Assembly (NCBI GenBank): GCA_964565345.1
Contig: CAZMEQ010000001.1
Location: 9,838 to 73,837, forward strand
Source of the DNA: an uncultured Gammaproteobacteria bacterium
Lineage (GTDB): Bacteria > Patescibacteriota > Patescibacteriia > UBA11705 > JABHMO01
Direction of reading: 5' to 3'
DNA length: 64,000 bases
The translations under genes were made by a program, and so were the position numbers. Below are positions 1 to 9,300 of this stretch, piece after piece (the stretch's first letter is position 1; every line of letters starts with the position of its first letter). The notes beneath the pieces were generated by a model that searched no databases, had not been told where the DNA came from, and worked only from the letters and a program-made list of their open reading frames with translations.

Positions 1-77
1 TTTTGAGGCGTGCAGCCGCTAATAACCAAACCGGAAAGGCCAAGAACGCATAGAATAATAAGTTTTTTGGGATTCAT
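1..77 (-). CDS. N-terminus of a putative lipoprotein, runs off the window
   Basis: Manual translation from ATG at 77: MNPKKLIILCVLGLSGLVISGCTPQ; basic N-terminus, hydrophobic core and ISG-C lipobox. Confidence 0.6.
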   Translation of the reverse strand, partial: MNPKKLIILCVLGLSGLVISGCTPQ

Positions 78-267
78 AAAAATTTGTTTTGCACATATAT
101 TTTAGCATGAAAGTAGTCAAAAGATAATAATTAAAAGGTTTTTTTGACGATTTTGTGTTTTTGTGTCGCTCATGTTTGACATAGTGTGGAAAAAACAAAA
201 AAGTCTCCGTATTTTTATATGCGGAGCTTGTCTTTTTTTGTTATGCGTACTTTTTATGAAAAAGTAT

Positions 268-1440
268 CTATTTTTTTATTCTAGTTTTTTTGAAAAGAAG
301 CGCCCAGAGTAAGGAAATAAAAATAGTCGCAGCTATAGTAATGGTCCCGTAAAGTAATAAAGTTTTGAAGTCAAATGAAAGTAGGTCAGCTGTTGCTAGG
401 GGCTCGCCTAATTGATTGTAAAAAAATAATTTTGCAGAAGGGAAAGCACCAAGGGTTATAAATGAAACAACAACACCAATTAAAAAGATGAATTGCAACT
501 GGTTTAGTGATCTTTGTTGCTGCTCACTGTAGGCGGAGTTTAAGTGATTTATTTTATTAATAAGATTTTTTTCGGTCATCAAAAATATGTTTTTAAGATA
601 ATCAAACAAATAACTAATTTCATCAAAATAATTAGTTGTAATCAATTTACTTGTTGAAATTAAATGTTGTTTTCTAAAATCAATGTTTAGCTGGATTTGT
701 TCAATTCTATTTTGGATATTGCTAACATTCTTTGCATGTTCTGATAGTTTTTCGCTAGCGTCAATTAGTTTTGAGGCAATAACAGACTTACTGCTAACAA
801 GTTTTTCGGCGTCATCCCAGATGTAACGATGCGTTTGTAAAAGAGCATCGGCATGTTTTTTTGCTTCGTTGTAGAAAATTAAAAAATTAATTAAATTTTT
901 TTTTGCATTTTCACTAATTGAATTATCAATTAGAGTTTGTGAGCCTGAAGTAAAAACGTTTTTGCCTTCTAATTTCGTTGTTGTGTATTTTTGTCCCTGA
1001 TAAAGCAGTTCAGCATCCTCTTTCTTAGGGTTTTGAGCTAGTAAATAGATTGTTTTCTCGGAGCCAGGAAGTCGAATTATTTCCATTCCTTTGGCGCCCG
1101 AGCTATAAAGATAACTTAAAATAGGGGTAAGTACTTTGTTATAAAATTTTTCTATTTGTTTTTTTGCCCTTTTTACGTCCGCTGTTGTAAGCTGGACAGT
1201 TAGGAGACCATCTTCGTAATAGCAAAACTCGAAAACTCCGGAAAAAACCTGTAAGCCACGAATATTGTTTTCGTTTGTGAGGTGGATACTTTTTATCGTC
1301 AGGCGTTTATGTAAATCCTTAGCCTTGTCTAAATTAAGGCTAGGAATCACATTTTTGTTAATTAAAAAATTATAAAATTCATTGAAGTGGACACTTGTTT
1401 TGGGAAACCAGCTTCCGATGATGATAGAACATAATCGCAT
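268..1440 (-). CDS. Hypothetical membrane protein with two C-terminal TM helices after a helical region
   Basis: 405-aa ORF, probable start MRLCSII at 1440; C-terminal hydrophobic segments. Confidence 0.6.
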   Translation of the reverse strand: MRLCSIIIGSWFPKTSVHFNEFYNFLINKNVIPSLNLDKAKDLHKRLTIKSIHLTNENNIRGLQVFSGVFEFCYYEDGLLTVQLTTADVKRAKKQIEKFYNKVLTPILSYLYSSGAKGMEIIRLPGSEKTIYLLAQNPKKEDAELLYQGQKYTTTKLEGKNVFTSGSQTLIDNSISENAKKNLINFLIFYNEAKKHADALLQTHRYIWDDAEKLVSSKSVIASKLIDASEKLSEHAKNVSNIQNRIEQIQLNIDFRKQHLISTSKLITTNYFDEISYLFDYLKNIFLMTEKNLINKINHLNSAYSEQQQRSLNQLQFIFLIGVVVSFITLGAFPSAKLFFYNQLGEPLATADLLSFDFKTLLLYGTITIAATIFISLLWALLFKKTRIKK

Positions 1441-1553
1441 ATGCAAAAAAACAATTTTTATTTTAGCTCTATTTAATTTTATCATTTTTATAGAATTAAA
1501 GATAGAAGTTTTTTGTGTTGAAAAAAGAAGTAAAATTGGGTATAATTAAATTT

Positions 1554-2453
1554 ATGAATAAAAAAATAATAGTAGTACAAGGACCTACCGCCAGTGGCAA
1601 ATCATCTTTGGCTCTTAAACTAGCCCAAAAGTTTAATGGATTTTTGATTTCCGCGGATTCACGCATGGTTTATAAAGGAATGGATATAGGGACAAATAAA
1701 GATAAGGTCGAGTGGGTGAAGGACAAATTTTTTGTTCAGGGAGTGGAGGAAAAAATGATTGATCTAATACCCCCGGATCAAGATTATTGTGTTGATGATT
1801 GGGTTAAGCAGGTACGTTCAATAATTAAGGCTGACAAAAGGTTGCCAATTATTGTGGGCGGGACAGGTTTTTACACCCAAGCTTTAATTTATAATTTTAA
1901 GCTACCTGTTGGTAAAAATGCTAAGTTACGCGAACTATTGGAGAGGGAATTGGTAGAAAAGGGCATTGATGATTTGGTTAAGCAGATTCAAAAAATCGAT
2001 CCTGATATCGAATCAAAGATTGATATTCATAATCCACGACGTGTTGTGAGAGCCCTGGAAATTTGTTCACAAACACAAAAACCACTGGAACGTATAGCCG
2101 GAAAGCCGATCTATGATGTTTTACAGCTGGGCGTGAGTTTTGACCGAGAAAAATTATACGAAAAAATAGATAAACGAGTTGATGAAATGATAAAAGAGGG
2201 CCTAGTTGAGGAGGTGCAAGGGCTATTAAAACAAGGATATACAAAAAATATTCCAGCCATGACGGGCATTGGTTATCGGCAAATTGTGGAGTACCTAGAA
2301 GGCTCTAGAACGTTTGAAGAAGCTATTGATTTGATAAAAAGAGATACTCGCCGTTATGCTAAACGCCAAATCACTTGGCTAAAAAGAGATAAAACGATCC
2401 AGTGGGTTAAGAGCCTAAGTGAAGCGGAAAAAGTATTAAAGAAATTTATCTAA
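1554..2453 (+). CDS. miaA: tRNA dimethylallyltransferase
   Basis: GPTASGKS P-loop, SADSRMVYKGMDIGTNK, VGGTGFY, TRRYAKRQITW. Confidence 0.97.
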   Translation: MNKKIIVVQGPTASGKSSLALKLAQKFNGFLISADSRMVYKGMDIGTNKDKVEWVKDKFFVQGVEEKMIDLIPPDQDYCVDDWVKQVRSIIKADKRLPIIVGGTGFYTQALIYNFKLPVGKNAKLRELLERELVEKGIDDLVKQIQKIDPDIESKIDIHNPRRVVRALEICSQTQKPLERIAGKPIYDVLQLGVSFDREKLYEKIDKRVDEMIKEGLVEEVQGLLKQGYTKNIPAMTGIGYRQIVEYLEGSRTFEEAIDLIKRDTRRYAKRQITWLKRDKTIQWVKSLSEAEKVLKKFI

Positions 2454-2479
2454 AATTAGATAAATTTCTTTGTTTTTAC

Positions 2480-2508
2480 TTGATTTATATCAAAAAACAT
2501 GCTATAAT
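2480..2508 (+). promoter_or_regulatory. sigma70 promoter of GC cassette 1
   Basis: TTGATT-N17-TATAAT with extended -10 TG. Confidence 0.75.
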
Positions 2509-2565
2509 ATAATGTTCGGAGTTGAATTCCGATCGATCAATCCAATTCAAGAAGGAGGTGTTCTC

Positions 2566-3072
2566 ATGAAACGCATGATGCGTTCGATCCTGGTTCTCGT
2601 TCTGGCGGTGGTGTTCTGCAGCGGCTGCGACTTCATCATGGTAGACCCGTACTCCTGCACCTACGACGAGCAGTGTGGCGACGGTCACTACTGTGATCTG
2701 GACAGCTACACCTGCTTCCTCGTCGCCTGGGAGTTCGGTGGCCCCAACTGGTGTTTCGAGGATTCCCAGTGCGGTCCCGGCTACGTCTGCAACCCTGCCG
2801 ACAATTTCTGCTACGAGGAGGGGAACGTAGGGTACCATCCGGAGGATCAGAACTACTTTACTGGGTGGGATGAGAGCACTGGGCAGTGCAAGAACCAGTC
2901 GCACTGTCGCCCCAACGAAATCTGCGCCAACGGCTGGTGCACGCTTCCGGCAGGTAGCCACAACGGCAACGAGCCGGGCTACTACGACAACGATGGCCGG
3001 TGCCAGGACCACACGCAGTGCGCCAGCGACGAGGTCTGCGCCAACGGTTGGTGCACCGAGGCGCATTGGTAG
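2566..3072 (+). CDS. High-GC cassette 1: Cys-rich repeat lipoprotein (168 aa)
   Basis: SD AGGAGGTG at 2553-2560; signal peptide with CSG-C lipobox; four C-x5-C-x5-C repeats; GC-ending codons. Confidence 0.8.
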   Translation: MKRMMRSILVLVLAVVFCSGCDFIMVDPYSCTYDEQCGDGHYCDLDSYTCFLVAWEFGGPNWCFEDSQCGPGYVCNPADNFCYEEGNVGYHPEDQNYFTGWDESTGQCKNQSHCRPNEICANGWCTLPAGSHNGNEPGYYDNDGRCQDHTQCASDEVCANGWCTEAHW

Positions 3073-3079
3073 ACAACAA

Positions 3080-3113
3080 AGGCCCCCCGATTCCCAAGTG
3101 AATCGGGGGGCCT
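3080..3113. terminator. GC-rich hairpin between cassette 1 and convergent gatB, probably a bidirectional terminator
   Basis: AGGCCCCCCGATTC-ccaagt-GAATCGGGGGGCCT, perfect 14-bp stem. Confidence 0.8.
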
Positions 3114-3127
3114 GTTCGTACATTTTT

Positions 3128-4663
3128 TTATTTTGCTAAATATTCTTGCAATAGTTTTTCTGTTACCTGCGGATCTGCCTTCCCCTTGGTTTCGCGCATA
3201 ATCAAACCGAGAAAATATTTTATCACCACCGTTTTTCCTGATTTATATTCAGCGACTTGTTCTGGATATTCGGCTACGGTTTTTATTATTATGTCGTTTA
3301 AAGCGCCTTCATCGCTAGTTTGAGAGAGGTCTAAATCTTCCATTATGTGTGAAGGGTCGGCTCCGGTTTCGGACATTTTTTTTAAAATAGTTTGAGCGGC
3401 TGCGCTATTAATTTTACTTTCATAGACAAGACAAATAAATTCGGCAAAATTTTCAGCCGTTATGTTACTCGAGTTAAAAGAAAGTCCAGATTCAGAAAGC
3501 AAAGGGAGGTATTTATTAACGAGCCAGTTAGAAACCAATTTGATTAATTTCGTTTTGTTATTAGCCCAAACTTCATCCTTGTTGCCACTAACATTATCGA
3601 GAGTTTCGATCCAATCCTTTAACTCAGTGATGACGTTTTCAGTAAACGAGGCCAATTTTTTATTTTCAGTTATTATTTTAGCTTCCTCGCCCGTGAAACT
3701 GTACATGTCCACAAAGCGACGTCTTTTATCTTGAGGGAGCTCGGGTATGGAAGATTTTATTTCAAGAATTTCTGCTTCGGTAATGTTTAATGGTGGCAAA
3801 TCTGGCTCGGGAAAGTAGCGATAATCGCTTTCGCCTTCTTTAACACGTTGGCTTATGGTTGTGCCACTAGCCTCGTCCCAACCGCGAGTTTCTTCTTTCT
3901 CCGGTGGAGTATTAGCTAACCAAAGGAGAGTTTGTCTTTCGACTTCATAGGCGAGCGCGCGTTCCAGCGCTTTAAAGGAATTGATGTTTTTTAATTCTGT
4001 TTTGGGGTAAAGTTTTTTGTCACTGACTGGTCGTAAAGAAATATTGCCATCACAACGCAGCTGTCCTTTTTCCATGTCTGCATCAGAAACATTTAAGTGG
4101 CGCATAATCAGTTGCAACTCTTGCCCAAAGGTTTTGGCTTCTTGCGGGCTGGAGAGGTCCGGTGCAGTTACAATCTCAATGAGTGGCGCTCCGCCACGAT
4201 TATAGTCAATTAAAGTTCCATCGCTGATATGCGTCGATTTGGCGGCATCTTCTTCCATATGCAAACGGATAATGCCAATTCTTTTTAGTTGTGTTTCATC
4301 TGTTAAGGAGCCAGCTAAACCATCACGAGCCTGCCAGTTTATAACCAAAGACCCACTTAAAGCGAGTGGTTTGTCGTATTGGGAGATTTGGTAGCCTTTA
4401 GGTAAGTCAGGATAAAAATAATTTTTCCGATCGAATTTGGTAAATTGAGTAATACTACAATTTAAAGCTAGGGCCGCCTTTATGGCCATGTTTACAGCTT
4501 CTTCGTTAATGGTGGGTAATACTCCTGGGTGACCTAAGCAGATAGGGCAGACATTGACATTGGGCTCCTTGGGGTCATTTTCGTTGGGGCAAGCACAAAA
4601 CATTTTAGTTTTTGTTTTGAGTTGAACATGGAATTCTAGCCCAATTATAGCTTCTAATTTCAT
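3128..4663 (-). CDS. gatB: Asp-tRNA(Asn)/Glu-tRNA(Gln) amidotransferase subunit B
   Basis: IGLEFHVQLKT, RKNYFYPDLPKGYQISQ, YRYFPEPDLPP. Confidence 0.97.
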   Translation of the reverse strand: MKLEAIIGLEFHVQLKTKTKMFCACPNENDPKEPNVNVCPICLGHPGVLPTINEEAVNMAIKAALALNCSITQFTKFDRKNYFYPDLPKGYQISQYDKPLALSGSLVINWQARDGLAGSLTDETQLKRIGIIRLHMEEDAAKSTHISDGTLIDYNRGGAPLIEIVTAPDLSSPQEAKTFGQELQLIMRHLNVSDADMEKGQLRCDGNISLRPVSDKKLYPKTELKNINSFKALERALAYEVERQTLLWLANTPPEKEETRGWDEASGTTISQRVKEGESDYRYFPEPDLPPLNITEAEILEIKSSIPELPQDKRRRFVDMYSFTGEEAKIITENKKLASFTENVITELKDWIETLDNVSGNKDEVWANNKTKLIKLVSNWLVNKYLPLLSESGLSFNSSNITAENFAEFICLVYESKINSAAAQTILKKMSETGADPSHIMEDLDLSQTSDEGALNDIIIKTVAEYPEQVAEYKSGKTVVIKYFLGLIMRETKGKADPQVTEKLLQEYLAK

Positions 4664-4746
4664 AGGATAATGGTTAATCAATCATTATTTTAGCATTATT
4701 TTAGTGAAAATAAAACTCTGCATTTTAGGTGGCAGAGCTTTATTCA

Positions 4747-6087
4747 TTATGAAGAATAATGTTTTTTATACTTGTTCTTGCAATGACGGCACAGTGCTAT
4801 GTATTGTTTGTCTCCCACCAAAATTTTTCCATCTAGTTGTTGTCTAGCGTTATTATCTAGCCAGCTCTTATTAGCTGTTTGACTCCCACATTCTACGCAA
4901 ACGGCTAGTTCTTTAGTTACAAATTCTGCTTCCACCATCAAAGCCGGTACTGGTCCAAAACCTTCATCGTCAAAAGTTTGATCTAAGCCGACAACAATAA
5001 CCCGCAACTTATAATCTTCAGCCAATCTTTTGCAAACTTGGACCAGGGAAAAATGGCAGAAATGTGCTTCTTCAATCACGACTGTAGTAACTTTTGGGTT
5101 ATATTGTTCGATATATTGGAGTATTAAGCTAGGTTGATCTTTGGGGAACTCAATGGCCGAAAAAACTTTGCCATTGCGGCTAACTAATTTCCCGGCAGTA
5201 TTAATATTCGCACCGGTTTCAGAAATAGTAATTTCTCGTTTTGATTCCTGTGGAGTAAAGATTAAAACTTCACGATTTTTTGACAAAAGTTCTTTTTCAA
5301 TTCTTTTGGCCGCTTCAGTGCTTTTGCCAGAAAACATACAGCCGCAAATAACTTCTATCCAACCTTCTTTGTTGGTTTCCATGATAGGTGGTTTTACATT
5401 TAAGAGTTGTTCTACTTCTTTCCAAACAGCGTTTTGTATTTCTTCACGAGTCATAATGCTATTGTTTCTGGTACATTCAATAAGCTTAAAGTTTGGATAA
5501 CTGGCAATTTCTAAATATGTTTGTTCGGCTCGTCTTAGGTGTTCAATATCTTCTTCATGAATGTCTTTTGTTTTGCCTTTCCAATCTTCGCGATGTCGTT
5601 CTTGGGCTAATTGTTGTGCGATATGCGAATCAACATGCAAAATGATATTCAAATCTGGCTGCGGAATTTTAAAAAGATTATATTCTAAATCGTAAAGCCA
5701 GTCGAAAAAGACTTTGCGTTCTTCGCTGTCATGGAGCTTTGCGCCTTGATGTCCCATGTTGGCTGAAACATAGCGATTGCTTACAACTATTTTACCTTCT
5801 TCGAGCCAGCGGCGTATTTTAAAGCTGGCATCATAACGGTCGCAAGCATAAAAGATTGAAGATATTTTGGGGTTGACTTGATCAGCTGTGCCATATTTGC
5901 CACTCAAGTATTCTTCCACTAATCCTGCCGATTTTGTATTGTATTGAGGGAAATCAGCGATTTCTACAGCAAAACCACGTTGCTTTAGGTTTTCTAAAAG
6001 TAGCGAGAACTGGGTTGTTTTTCCAGAACCGTCTGTCCCATCAATAACAATAAATTTTCCAGGCAAGTTTTGCATAAATTTATTCAT
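4747..6087 (-). CDS. tmk-tdk: Thymidylate kinase-thymidine kinase fusion
   Basis: N-half DGTDGSGKTT and VVSNRY (Tmk); C-half GWIEVICGCMFSGKSTE, GLDQTF, CVEC...CRHC (Tdk). Confidence 0.88.
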   Translation of the reverse strand: MNKFMQNLPGKFIVIDGTDGSGKTTQFSLLLENLKQRGFAVEIADFPQYNTKSAGLVEEYLSGKYGTADQVNPKISSIFYACDRYDASFKIRRWLEEGKIVVSNRYVSANMGHQGAKLHDSEERKVFFDWLYDLEYNLFKIPQPDLNIILHVDSHIAQQLAQERHREDWKGKTKDIHEEDIEHLRRAEQTYLEIASYPNFKLIECTRNNSIMTREEIQNAVWKEVEQLLNVKPPIMETNKEGWIEVICGCMFSGKSTEAAKRIEKELLSKNREVLIFTPQESKREITISETGANINTAGKLVSRNGKVFSAIEFPKDQPSLILQYIEQYNPKVTTVVIEEAHFCHFSLVQVCKRLAEDYKLRVIVVGLDQTFDDEGFGPVPALMVEAEFVTKELAVCVECGSQTANKSWLDNNARQQLDGKILVGDKQYIALCRHCKNKYKKHYSS

Positions 6088-7066
6088 TTATAATCCCTTT
6101 GGTAAAAGGAACCTCCTTGTGGATTAGCTCGATAATTTTTAGCGTGAATGGATTGTTTATTTTACTCAGTTCAAAAAAACCTTGCAAATCAAGATCAAGC
6201 AACGCGGTTTGTTTAACACCTAGAGGGAGTACATAGTGATTATGGGTTTTTTCAAAGTGTGCTTTAATACGATCTAGAATTTTTATCACTTCAGGATAAT
6301 GTTTTGTTTCGTTAAGCCTATTGCTAGTGTCTTTTAAATTTTGGAAATTTGGTTGTCGAATAATCAGGCTGAATTTCCCCGTTGTAAAAAGGGGAATAAG
6401 ATCAAAAAGAGCAGTTTTTATTTTTAGAGTGCAAAAGGGTTTAGTGAAAATTATTTTTGGTATTTTGTAGGCTGTTTCTCGTTGGCAAATTTGTTCAATA
6501 TAATTTTCTTTTTGCTCCAATGTCATTAAGTCTATCTTTTCTGATATTTTCGCTATTGTTTCTGATTTAGATTGTAAGAGATGGTAAAATATTATTTTGT
6601 TTTCTATGGAGTGATCGAGATCAATTAGATTTATATCTCCAGAGCTGTCCATCTGAGGTGTAACCGAGTTGCTAATTGGTTCATTCTTATGTTTTATTGT
6701 CGTTGATTCCAAAATAATTTTCTCGGCTATGTTTTTTAGTTCATAGCTATTACTGTGCGACCACTTATGTACTAGCTGTAACCAATCTCCGGTAGGAATA
6801 AGAAATTCTAGCTGTACTAATCGGCCTAATGGGACTAGCTCAGGTAAATTAAATTGTTGGGCACTTCTTAATAATAAGTCAGTTAACTCAAAATATTTTT
6901 GTCTATCGGAAAAATTATCATCGACATAACAATCATTTCTTTCTAGGTACCAAAATTTCAAAAGCGCACTATTGGTACAAATTTCAATTAAGCTCCAATA
7001 AGACAATCCTGCAATATTAACGCGGACGATATCCTCCGTAATATTTGTCACTTGGGTCTCTGGCAT
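6080..7066 (-). CDS. Degenerate ThyX (FAD-dependent thymidylate synthase)-like protein
   Basis: Lies inside the dTTP cluster; YVLPLG...LDLQGFFEL resembles ThyX YVLP...NLR; RHRxxS motif absent. Confidence 0.45.
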   Translation of the reverse strand: MPETQVTNITEDIVRVNIAGLSYWSLIEICTNSALLKFWYLERNDCYVDDNFSDRQKYFELTDLLLRSAQQFNLPELVPLGRLVQLEFLIPTGDWLQLVHKWSHSNSYELKNIAEKIILESTTIKHKNEPISNSVTPQMDSSGDINLIDLDHSIENKIIFYHLLQSKSETIAKISEKIDLMTLEQKENYIEQICQRETAYKIPKIIFTKPFCTLKIKTALFDLIPLFTTGKFSLIIRQPNFQNLKDTSNRLNETKHYPEVIKILDRIKAHFEKTHNHYVLPLGVKQTALLDLDLQGFFELSKINNPFTLKIIELIHKEVPFTKGIINE

Positions 7067-7067
7067 A

Positions 7068-7622
7068 TTACGCTTGGAGTTCTGTTAAAAGAGTTTCTAG
7101 CTGTTGGTAGAGTTCTTCTTTGGTGCCGTCGTTATTAATTTTAGTCTCAGCCTCGGCTACTACTTGGGGGATTGTTATTTCTGTCTCTTTTGTTTGGTCC
7201 AATTTGAATTGTTCAAAAGTTTTGTTTTTATCGTCCGGATTTTCGCTGCGTTCGATGATGCGATTGTAGCGCTTCATTTCGTCGGCATAGATGTGAATTA
7301 GGTGAAAATTGGGTAGGGTTTTTAAGTATTTAATATCAGCCACTCTTCTTATGCCATCCACACAAACAATTTCGTTGGTGTCGTTTTCAACATCTTTTGT
7401 AATAACTTTAGCAAAAAGATCTTCACCAAAATTTTGGCGTAGAACAGTGGATAGATTCTGCATGTTTTCTCGTGCTTGCGGCAAGTATAACCGATCCAAA
7501 ATATCGCGCATGATAGTGGAGAATTTATAATAACCGGCACCGTATTTTTCAATAAAGTAATCGCAGGCTGTCCCTTTGCCGCTGGCGATTTCACCAACAA
7601 ATCCAATGATTAATTTTTTCAT
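7068..7622 (-). CDS. P-loop nucleotide kinase (dephospho-CoA/NMP kinase-like)
   Basis: GEIASGKGT, VDGIRR, INNDGT. Confidence 0.8.
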   Translation of the reverse strand: MKKLIIGFVGEIASGKGTACDYFIEKYGAGYYKFSTIMRDILDRLYLPQARENMQNLSTVLRQNFGEDLFAKVITKDVENDTNEIVCVDGIRRVADIKYLKTLPNFHLIHIYADEMKRYNRIIERSENPDDKNKTFEQFKLDQTKETEITIPQVVAEAETKINNDGTKEELYQQLETLLTELQA

Positions 7623-7625
7623 AGT

Positions 7626-8096
7626 TTATCTTTTAAAAAGTTCCCAAGCTTTTTCTACTAAGTAGACATTTTTTATACCACCTTTGATCATCGCGTTCCA
7701 GCAAGACTTACAGCACCACCAATGTCCATACATGTAAACATCAGCGCCTTCAGTTTTTATTTTATTTTTTTTAGCCTCGGCCATTAATCTCGATTCAGAA
7801 TGTTGTTTTGATGTCGCACAGCCAGGACATAACCAATACCCCTTGCCACTGGGAACTTTTAAAATTCGTCGCGCACAATATTTGCTGTGTAGTTTAATCA
7901 GTTTGGGATTAATCAGTTTGGACATGTTCGAAGCGCGGGCGACTATTTGGCCATCTTTAACCATAACTATCCCAATGGGATTTTTGGCGTCAGTGGATGC
8001 GGCCTGCATTTTTTTTGCTTCTAACATGAATTGGTTCTCGGCTGGTACATAGAGTATTTCTCGATCGGCGGGTAAATATGGGTAGGGGATGGTCAT
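7626..8096 (-). CDS. Zn-dependent dCMP/cytidine deaminase family protein
   Basis: HSE...WCCKSC zinc motif; context in dTTP cluster. Confidence 0.85.
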   Translation of the reverse strand: MTIPYPYLPADREILYVPAENQFMLEAKKMQAASTDAKNPIGIVMVKDGQIVARASNMSKLINPKLIKLHSKYCARRILKVPSGKGYWLCPGCATSKQHSESRLMAEAKKNKIKTEGADVYMYGHWWCCKSCWNAMIKGGIKNVYLVEKAWELFKR

Positions 8097-8098
8097 AG

Positions 8099-8776
8099 TC
8101 AGATTTTTAATTTAAATTGAGTTTTGAGTTCATCAATTTTACCGGCTTTGATTAAGTCTACCTCTTCATTTGCATCAATTTTCGCTTCTAGACCATATGG
8201 AGTAGATCCAATATATTTTCCAGTTTGTTTTCCGTGTGCCTTAGCTTCTTCTTCGCTTAATTCACTGGCTAATTCAAATAATTGGAGCTGGCAAATTCTT
8301 TCACCCGGATAAATTTTGATGATGTGATTACTGTTGTTTACGACTGGAATGGTAAGCTGGCCACTGTAACGGCAATCAACTACGCCAGTGTTTATTTGTA
8401 ATCCGCGGCGGAGTGCTGAACTTCTGGGGAAAAGATTGCCGGCGATTCGGCCTGTATTTAAGGTTATTTTCTCTAAGGTCGAAATAATTATTGTTTCCTT
8501 GGGAAGTATTTCAAAAAATTGACCTGGTTTTAATTTTATTAACTTGAAGTATTCTTCTACGTTTTGGTAATCCAAATAGTCAGCAATTACCGCTAAGCGT
8601 CCTTTGTCGTTATATTTCCAGGTGTCAGGGATATAAAAACTCCAACCCACGCGTAAATCAATGGAATTCGGTTGCAATTGATATTCATCAAGTTCAGGCG
8701 TAAAGACTAGGGCCCCGCTGGAAATTAAATTTTGCATTTCTTTTTTCGTCAGTACCATAGGATTATTGTTAGTCAA
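8099..8776 (-). CDS. dcd: dCTP deaminase
   Basis: QLQPNSIDLR, RSSALRRGL, YPGERICQL. Confidence 0.88.
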   Translation of the reverse strand: MTNNNPMVLTKKEMQNLISSGALVFTPELDEYQLQPNSIDLRVGWSFYIPDTWKYNDKGRLAVIADYLDYQNVEEYFKLIKLKPGQFFEILPKETIIISTLEKITLNTGRIAGNLFPRSSALRRGLQINTGVVDCRYSGQLTIPVVNNSNHIIKIYPGERICQLQLFELASELSEEEAKAHGKQTGKYIGSTPYGLEAKIDANEEVDLIKAGKIDELKTQFKLKI

Positions 8777-8783
8777 ATTTAGA

Positions 8784-9296
8784 TTATTGAATGATTTTAT
8801 AGCGTAGATTTATAACGTTTTGTCCTAGGTCTCTGGTTTCTAACAGTTCAAGTTTAATATTAAGGTCTAAATCTTTAAAGAGTGTTAACCCGCCGCCAAA
8901 AAGAATCGGTTCCACTGTTATTTGTAATTCATTGACTAAGCCGGCTTGTAAGAATAGGGAATTAATAGTCGTCCCGCCACCGAGTATAACTTCTTTGTAA
9001 CCACGTTTTTCTAAGGAGCCTAGTAATTCTTGTGGTGGAAGGTTTGTGTATTCAAGTTTTTCTGGAATATTTGTTTCTAGCTCTGGCTCTTTAGTCAAGA
9101 TTATATTTAATCTGCCTGGCAGTGGTCTATTGATTGTTTTGTAGGTATTTAAACCCATTATAATAACACCGGCTTCTTTGGTACGTTGAATAAAGATTTC
9201 TTTATCCGCTGATGAGGTCCAGTCAGTTGATGTTTGATTAGAGTTTTTCGCAATAAAGCCATCTGCTGTCATTACCATCATTAAAGTAACTTTCAT
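8784..9296 (-). CDS. folA: Dihydrofolate reductase (DHFR/RibD-C fold)
   Basis: IIMGLNTY, RPLPGRLNIILT, GGGTT; directly downstream of thyA. Confidence 0.8.
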   Translation of the reverse strand: MKVTLMMVMTADGFIAKNSNQTSTDWTSSADKEIFIQRTKEAGVIIMGLNTYKTINRPLPGRLNIILTKEPELETNIPEKLEYTNLPPQELLGSLEKRGYKEVILGGGTTINSLFLQAGLVNELQITVEPILFGGGLTLFKDLDLNIKLELLETRDLGQNVINLRYKIIQ

Positions 9297-9300
9297 ATTT

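Noticed and set aside
3070-3120. Cassette 3' hairpins as integron attC sites (AAC...GTT closing pairs in cassettes 1 and 4)
   Set aside because: No RYYYAAC/GTTRRRY consensus, too short, dispersed instead of arrayed, each has its own promoter, and no IntI gene is in the window
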